DNA of 64,000 nucleotides from the human T2T-CHM13v2.0 reference genome, Homo sapiens. Made by a program: the position numbers and the translations under genes. This document shows, piece by piece, positions 55,073-64,000 of this stretch (its first letter is position 1; each line of letters starts with the position of its first letter). The notes beneath the pieces were generated by a model. The model worked only from the letters and a program-made list of their open reading frames with translations. It ran no database searches and was not told where the DNA came from. The stretch lies in assembly GCF_009914755.1 (NCBI RefSeq), contig NC_060936.1, one strand, 5' to 3'.

Positions 55073-56749
55073 TTAATGATCATTCTTTAACAGCCCTTTC
55101 TTGATTTGTGTGTTTGTATGTGTGTGTGTGTGTGCGTGGGTGTGAATGTAATGCATGTAGTGGAGGTGTTTCTTATATATTATTTTTCCTTTTCCTTTTT
55201 TCTTATGTCTATTACTACTCCATTTTATAACATTTATATTCTATATTAGCAAAATTGTTATCTCAAATTTAATGTTTGTAAGGTTCTTGTCACTAACCAA
55301 TCTATCTTTATAGTTTCTCTGTCAGCAGTTTTTTTTTATAACAGAGTTATTTACTTTTTTATTCATGCTTCTTTTCATTCATCATCTTTTGGTGTGTTTC
55401 TCTCTGTAGTGGATATCATGTTTGCTCATCGTTTGAAATGTCTTGTTATATATAACATTTGTAAGAAACATGTTGAAATTTTATGCTCACATTTTCAAGC
55501 TGCATTTCAAGCTCTTTCTCTTGGTCTGTAATAATCAATTTATAAGGTTATTTCATTCACAAACTAAACTTAAAAAATTCTGATATGGCATGCTTGTTCA
55601 TTTGTATGTCTGGATTCTGGTCATACTTACTCTTTATTTTTATTTGTACACATAAATTATACTTCATGAATATATATTTTCATTCATTAAGAATAAATAA
55701 AACATTAATAAATCAGCATTCTCTTACTTTCAAAGGACATTGCTATTGATTGCCATTATTTATGAAGTCACTAGACTTAGGTAGTCAGCAGTGCTTACAA
55801 AGAGGGGAACTTGAATAGAGTTAATAGAGTTAAATGCTTTTTTCCATATGTTGTCACCTCCTCTATTTTGTTGTAGTTTAGACATTGTAAATGAAAATGT
55901 TTTCTTCTGATAGTAATTAAACAAAAATTATTTTAAAATATTAATTTTTTGAGTTTGTTGGATTAAAGTTCTTAATCAGTTCAGTAATTTTTATTATTTG
56001 GTTTTTAAAATTATCTTCCATTTAATATGGCGTCAAATGAATAATACATACTAAGTTCTTATTCTACATTTAACATGTGGCAAGGTGAAGATGTATAAAA
56101 GTCAAAGGTTAGAATAAAAAATTGACCTTTAAACCATTACATTAGATAAATTTCAATAACAAATTTATATTTTTATTTATATTACGTACATTTTCTTTCT
56201 ATGAGCCAAGTCACACTTTACAGCGCCTTGTTGGTTTTCCTCTGTTGAGTTTCCTCAGGTTGGTTTCTATAGTATAACTGAGGAAATGTAATTTCTGGAG
56301 AGAAACTAAGTTGTATGCGCATTATTTACCCTCTATCTCAAAATAGCAGAGGCAACAAAAGCTCTTGCCCACTGTCAAACTATCACTCTCACTGGCTAAA
56401 CTGAGCCCCTTGGTGGTGAAAAAGCCATTCTTTATTTTCCTGCTTCTTACACATTGTCTAAATAAATATAAGCTGGACAAAAGAATGCACACAATCTGTT
56501 TCAACCTCTCGATACATTAATGTTGCTTTAACAGCATTTTCGAAACCTGTACATTTAAGTGATGTGCTGTGGTGACTTGGAGAAGTTCATGTAGAGTGGA
56601 TACAAACAGAGAGTTTCCAGAATTGCTACATGCCTAACGACTTCTTTTCAGTGGTTACAGAAACAGAAAACGCCAAGAACCCTGACCAGAGTTGAAGGGT
56701 GGTGTAAGGAAGGAGCAAAAAGTAGAACATTATTTCACAGTGTTTGTCT

Positions 56750-56960
56750 ATTGATTGATTGGCTTTAATAAGGTAAAACTTAGGTTGAAATGTATAGATC
56801 TTAAGTGTAAGTTAAATGATTTTAGACAAATGTGTGTATGGTATAGTAAACCTCTCTTCTGATTTACATTTCCATCACCTGTGAAAATTAGTTTATGTCC
56901 CTTTTCTATTAATTCTACCCTCCTATCCCTGCAACACACACCCCATTCCTGAAAACCCCT
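56750..56960 (-). mobile_element. Old L1M 3' end fragment
   Basis: aaatgtatagatcttaagtgtaagttaaatgattttagacaaatg. Confidence 0.5.
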
Positions 56961-57509
56961 TGTGATTTCATTCAGTACTTAGTTTATGGTCATAGACCAA
57001 GTTCAACGTAATGATGCTAATACTTCATAAGTGGTTAAGTAACTGGTTTATAAAATTTGTGTATCATGTTGGTCTTCTTGATTAATATTTGCTAAGATTC
57101 TAGTGATACCTTTTAACTTGATGTGTTTAATTTCTCTGGAAATCTATGAATTGCTGTCTTCCACATATGCCTATCCTTGAAGGCACTATGTAGAAATTTT
57201 GGGAAAAAAAACAGACTACATATTCTGGGATCTTTCTAAAGGGATAAGATCACTGGTATGTGTGTGAAATAAGGAGCATCTTACAATAGGGGCCCAGTGT
57301 TTGTCCAAGTATAATCAAGTATATGGATAGTCTGGATCAGTATCATGCTTACTAAAATTCAAATTTCTGAACCCCAATCAACATAGATAATTTAGAGTTT
57401 AACATAGAAAATTTAGAGTTCAAATCATGATAAAATAATCCCTAGCCTTATAGAAAGTAGAATCTTGTTTACTCTGTGATAAAATTAGAAGAAGACATAG
57501 TTGTTTTAA

Positions 57510-58343
<834 letters not shown>

Positions 58344-59226
58344 TAAAAAGAACTTTCTTTCTTGTCTATTCTTCAGAAATATTAAATGAACTTAAAAAAA
58401 TAAAAGTTATAAAACTCTATATATATGAATCAAATTTTAAAAGACTTTTAAAAATTATATTTAAAAATTCTGAGTGCCAACCAAGAATTCTCAGTGCTAA
58501 CCAAGGCCAAGGCCTTTAGATTAATTCACTGAATTTTAAAACAAAAAACATTTTTTTGAGCTACTTGGTATGTGGGGAGGAAGGGCTCCTTGGAAGGGTC
58601 AAAATATTTAAAGCATTGGGAGTTAAACATTTTTAAAAATTTCTTTTAATTTTCATTTTACCTTTATACAAATACCTATATAAGATTCAATAGATGGTAC
58701 AAGACCTTATAATCTGAGTCATTAAATGCTTGTTTTACAAAGCCTCTCAAATGAACAACCTTATTCATATTAAAAGTTCCTCTAAATGTCACTGCAATTC
58801 CAAATTGCCCTTGGTGAAATTATACCAGTTAGAGAGATTTACATATGAGTTAAGATTGCAATATGAGGCAAGAAAGAAACACGTTTTCAGTCTGGAGGGA
58901 ACACAGATTTAAAAGGCTCCATGAGAACTGCGAATATCAGTAAGGATTATACTCATGAAAACATGTGTCTCCAGAACATGACCATAGACTAGTAATTACC
59001 AATTTGTGGCCCAAAAGAAACCTCTAGCTCTGGCACATGGAATTAAATGAAATGTTTCAGAGGAACACAAAGGCAATACTAAGAAATATTCTTAGAAGGT
59101 TTTGAAAAGGTGAACTGACATAAAATTTGTCCAAAGAACATGGTGGAACATGAAATTTTGAAGCAGTCAGGTGCTGTTTTAGCTTGGAGGCCAATTTACC
59201 TTACCTTTTATCTGTCTTCTTCCCTT

Positions 59227-59771
59227 CGTTACTGGTGGAGGGTGACCAGGTTCTTGGCATTTTGGACAAAGAATTGGACAAAACACACAAAGCAATGAGG
59301 AAAAGCACAATTTTTTTTAAACAAAAGTACACTCCACAGAGTGGGAGCAGGCTGGGACAAGTGGCTCAAGAGCACTAGTTACAGAATTTTCTGGGGTTTA
59401 AATACCCTCTAGAGGTTTCCCATTGGTTACTTGGTTTATACCTTATATAAATGAAACAATGGCCTGCAACCAGTCTGATTGGTTGTGGAATGTGACCAAT
59501 GAGAGGCAGAAGTGAAATTATTAATACAAAGTTACACATAAAAACTTGGTCTGCAACCAATCTGAATAGTTGCAAGAGGAGACCAATCAGAGGTACTTTC
59601 ATTTTTCATCTGTAATAAGAAAAAGGGGTGGGGATTGCAAAGAGAGTAGCCGCTGATCATTTTGTTACTTGGGGGTGGAGACATGGTGTTTTCCTTTTAA
59701 CTCAGTTCTAGGAAGTCAATGTGAATCGGCCTTAGGTTCCCTCTGCCTCCAGACCCTATTCTCCTGCCTCA
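59227..59771 (-). mobile_element. MER51-type (ERV1) solo LTR
   Basis: Reverse complement starts TGAGGCAGGAGAATAGGGTCTGGAGGCAG; several CCAAT boxes; 4-bp TSD CCTT. Confidence 0.85.
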
Positions 59772-59794
59772 CCTTTAAACTTCATTTTATAAAC

Positions 59795-60013
59795 CAAGTG
59801 TCAGCAAACTACAGTAATGGAGGCTAAATCCAGACCAAGACCTATTTGTGTAAATAAAGTTTTACTGCAACACAGATTTATTCATTCATTTACATATTTA
59901 TGGATGTTTTACTGCTACAATAGAGTTGAGTAGTTACAACAGAAATGGTCTGGTCCACAGAGCTTAAAACATTTACTATCGGACTGTTTACACAAGCATA
60001 TTTGCTGAAGCTT
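59795..60013 (+). mobile_element. MER58A-type hAT-Charlie DNA transposon
   Basis: caagtgtcagcaaactac...gtaaataaagttttactg...gagttgagtagttacaacaga...tttgctga. Confidence 0.8.
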
Positions 60014-60483
60014 TTTAGACATAGAGCCTTACAGACAATCAATTGGCAGAGAAGATGGTTAATGGCAAAGGAATGCTTTGGAAAATCATCACAAAGAAAT
60101 TGTGTACAAATTTGACCAAGTGACCAAGAAGTCTGGGACATTCTTTTCTCAGGATAAAGAAGTAAACCTAATATTGAGGACTCTGTGAAACAGTTGGAGC
60201 TCAGATTCAGTGTAAAACTTAACTACATAGTCATGGGCAGGGTGGCCTTCAGCAGGGGGCAATGTCACATGTCTCAGTTGTACACACTATTACAGAATTG
60301 AGGTCCCTGTAGATATCAGTAAGGAACTTGACAAATCTCATTGAGGATTCTGCTTGTTAAGCTTTAACAGACTAAGACCATTAGGGACACTCTGCTGTTA
60401 GGTTTATTAGCTTGTTACAGGAAAAGAAAATGCAAATGATGGGGAACCACGAAGATTCTCAAAATGGAGAATCAGGGAAGGTC

Positions 60484-60535
60484 ATTTATAGCATTTTGGA
60501 TACTGGAGGTTATTTATAGCATTTTGGATACTGGA
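60484..60535 (+). repeat. Tandem duplication, perfect 24-mer at period 28
   Basis: ATTTATAGCATTTTGGATACTGGA at 60484-60507 and 60512-60535. Confidence 0.95.
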
Positions 60536-61215
60536 ATTAGTCATCAGATGGTCTTCATAGGGATTGATATGATTTTGTAAAATAAGCTGCTGGAAGATCA
60601 GTGGTCTTATCTTTAAAATATATGTGTCTTGGAGTTACTGTTAGATCAGTTGATCTGTGCTTTAGCTTAGAACATAGGGTCTGAATAAACCCGTTAAACA
60701 GGTTTGAGCTTAGGTAGTTTGTCTTGTGTGTCATGCTTTGGTACAATTTATTTGTTTTGTGAGTCCTAATATAGTTTTGAAAATATAGTTTCTGTTTCAA
60801 GGCTCAGAGTAAGAGCATGCATTGGAATAATAACAAACACATTCAGGCTGGTGAGAAGAAAATGCACCTGAGGATGGATAGGTACAGCTTCCATTTGTAT
60901 TTTTCTTAAATTGGTACAGCTTAGTCTATATTTTTTGTAAGATGCCCCTCCCACCTTTTCTACCAGTAACCACTAATAGGAATTAAGAGTGGAGTGACCA
61001 AAGACTAGATACTCCTGCCAAGATCCCTCCCTTTTTCTTCACATTTGACATTTTCAGCTTTATCCCAGTACCTTCTGCTTTAAATTCTAGGGGGATTCTC
61101 AATGTTCCTTTTAGCCTGTCATCTTCACATAAGCATTTCTTGTATTCTATTTGTATAGCCCTTATCATCTGACATAATATATATTTCATTTATTTCTTTA
61201 AGTATTGGTGTCTTC

Positions 61216-61785
61216 TGTGGTAGGCAGGGTTCTAAAGATGCCTGCTCCCAAGATTTCTGTCTGCAGGACACCCAACCAAACATGAACCTAGGTACTTCTG
61301 TGAAGGGATTTTACAAATGTAATAAAAGTCCCAAGTCAGTTGACTTTCAGATAACAGAGATTATCCATCTAGATGGGACTGACTCAATCAGATGAGCCTT
61401 TTAAAAACATAATTTCCTCTGGTTGACAGCAGAAAAGAATGTCAGAGATACCTGAAGCATGAGAAGAATTGGATGTGTCACTGCTGGTTTTGAAAATAGA
61501 ATGGGTCATGTACAAGTAACAGCTACAAAGAGCTGAGAGTGACCTTTGGTTGACATCCAACCAGAAAATGAAGACTTCACTCTACAACTGCAAGGAAATG
61601 AATTCTTCCAACTGCTGGAATGACCTTGGAAGCAGATTTTTCTCCAGAGACTCCAGTTAAGAGCCTAGCCCTGTTGGCAACTTGGTTTCATTCTTGTGAG
61701 AAGTTAAGCAGAGACTCAGGCAAAACCAGTCTGACTTCTGACCTATGAAATTGAAGTAATAAGTTGGCAGTGTGTTAAGATGTTA
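61216..61785 (+). mobile_element. MLT1E-type LTR inserted in an L2 remnant
   Basis: TGTGGTAGGCAGGGTTCTAAAGATG start; ctacaactgcaaggaaatgaattct; gacttctgacctatgaaa. Confidence 0.8.
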
Positions 61786-62399
61786 TGTAGGTAGGGATTT
61801 TTCCCATTTTGTTTACTATTAAGCCCTTAGTTCCTAGAACTGGACTTGATATTTAAGAAGCATTTCAGAAATAATTCCAATTAATCTACTTGGCTAAACA
61901 CCATGAAGAGTGTGATACTGTTTAATCCTATATACAACCCCTAGATATTTAACTGTAAATTCTGTTGGGTAAAAGATGAAGGGTTTAAACTTTGAAGAAT
62001 CAAGCTAAAAGTTTTCAATAATTTCTGATAAAATTTTCTTAAAATTAGAAAAGGCATCAATGATATACTTACAAGTGTTTAAATCATTTTTTAATGAATT
62101 GATTACCAGACACTAAATATCTAATGTAATGTATGTTTTCTTGTACTTTATGTGACACAAATTAATTTTCAATAGAGGCAGGAAACCTATCTCTAAGGTA
62201 ATTAGTCATGGTCAAGTCTTAATTATCTTCTTAAATAGGAAAACAGTAGGCATATAAAGATATCTATTATGATATTTTTAAGTGGTAATTTCTTTTATTT
62301 TGTAATATTCTTTCTACTAAAATAGAAACATTTGATGATACAGATTTCAACACAAGGACTTTGAAATGATACTCACTTTTGAACACCTTCAACCTTTCT

Positions 62400-62590
62400 T
62401 GTACTGTACATTCTTTCCAAACCCTACAAGGTGCTTGTATCTCTATTTTCTACATGAGGAAAGTGAGACACAGAGATATTCAGCAACTAGCTCAAGGTCA
62501 GAAAACTTGAATTGGTAAGTCTAAGATTTCAGCACAGGTGGCTGCATATCTAAAGTTCCATGCTTGTCCCATTCCGTCACACTGTCAATC
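62400..62590 (-). mobile_element. MIR
   Basis: attttctacatgaggaaagtgagacacagaga...gctcaaggtca. Confidence 0.7.
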
Positions 62591-63409
62591 AGTGAATCTT
62601 TTGTTGATTAAATGCATCTATAATTATTATTAATATATAAATGAATATCCATATTTGAATATCTATACAGTGTTCATAACAGAGCTTTATTGAATATGAA
62701 CAAGATATGATTATTATTTCCCCAGACAAAAATTTTATATTGGGATCTGTTAAGAATAACCGGTTTATGTCAATGATGACAGCAAGAGTCTTTTGCAAAA
62801 CATATGCAAAAGCAACTTTGATTTACAAAATTAATGAATAACCTTCTTTTAACTAATTATCAATTAACTGACATTTCTTTTCCTGCCTTCCTGCCAGCCT
62901 TCCTTCCTTTCTTCCTTTTCTTTTCTTTTTTCTTTCTACATACATTTATTCAGAGTACACTGAGTTACCTGAATTAGGCTCTAGGCTAAATTAAATATGA
63001 GAAATTTGTCTTTCATATTTTGGGAGCTTTGAGAGAAGGATTCAAGGTGATATATTGATGGGGAGCTGAGATTGTAAGATGAGAGATGAGTAGGTGGTAG
63101 TCTTATGAGGGGCCACTTAAAGAAAGAAAGACAGCAAAAAGGAATATTCCAGACTGAAATAAAGCAACTAAAATGGAGAGCTTGTAGTTTTATTTTGATA
63201 TTGCTGTTTTGTCTTGTTTTATTTTATTGCAGGAACTGAAAGAGGTGTAGTGCTATTGGATAATAGAGTACATTGTCGTGGTAAGGGAGGATATGGACAG
63301 AGAGATTTAAAAAGACGAGATTTGTGTTTGCAATGCCTCCTAGGTCACATTAACAAAGTTGAAATTTATGTGTTGCCACTGAAGGGAATGCAATAAATAG
63401 GTGTTATAT

Positions 63410-63560
63410 TTGTTCATTCACTCATTCAAATATATGCATTCAAGGCTTGCTTAGTGTACTATGTGCCAGGTGCTGGTGCATTGGTTAGAAGTTACAGACA
63501 GCAGTGAATTTCTCTTTGTCAGGGGCCTTTCCTTCATGGAGCTTATTATCTGGATTGATG
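63410..63560 (-). mobile_element. L2 3' end
   Basis: ttcattcactcattcaaat...tactatgtgccaggtgctg...ccttcatggagctta. Confidence 0.7.
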
Positions 63561-64000
63561 GTTTTGAAAGGTCATTTTGGTGTAACATAAATAATAAATT
63601 GTAGCAAAGCAAGACCAGATAGAAGGAACTGGAGTAGGAAGCAAACAGAGATGATCGTCTGAGCTAGGGACTCAGGATCTAGCAACAAGGATGTCATTGG
63701 TGACAGACAAGAGGATATATTGGGGTAGGAGGCATTTAGATCCAACTTCTTTTTGTAAAGGAAGGACAGGGTGAAGGGCAGGTACTGTCTATGCTTGTCA
63801 CTGTATTTTCAGTCCTTGACTACTAATTTAACCTTGACTCTAAAATCACAACATTTGAGAAGTCATTGATTCCAAGCATTCTTGATTTTTAAGAATGTTC
63901 TATATCTGTTTAACTCAATAATGGGTGTTGAATTGATGAATTCAGGCCCCTTTTCCCAATATTTTAAATTCATGAATAAATATTATTATTTGGGTAATGA

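Overview
This is AT-rich, CpG-depleted primate (human-like) genomic DNA. I find no protein-coding gene, RNA gene or CpG island. Roughly half the window is recognisable transposon debris: 11 Alus (AluS/AluY, most with target-site duplications, TSDs), two large rearranged L1MA-type elements on the minus strand, L1PB/L1PA/L1MB-ME fragments, five co-oriented MST/THE1 LTRs (two of them bounding a THE1D provirus), MLT1, LTR32 and MER51 LTRs, MER63/MER58 DNA transposons, and MIR/L2 relics. There is also an ancient two-LTR ERVL-class provirus (~31.1-35.15 kb) whose decayed protease, RT, RNase H and integrase motifs are still readable; the ORF track misses them. Every ORF in the track is repeat-derived or spurious. 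I see no new gene system. The most unusual signal is a set of short-range templated copying events: a tail-less L1PA fragment holding a 13-nt patch matching sequence 1.77 kb away, an 87-bp direct copy inserted into an MLT1 LTR, and an ~130-bp inverted copy at an L1 inversion junction. Subfamily names come from recalled consensus sequences and need RepeatMasker/Dfam confirmation. Boundaries of old elements are approximate.
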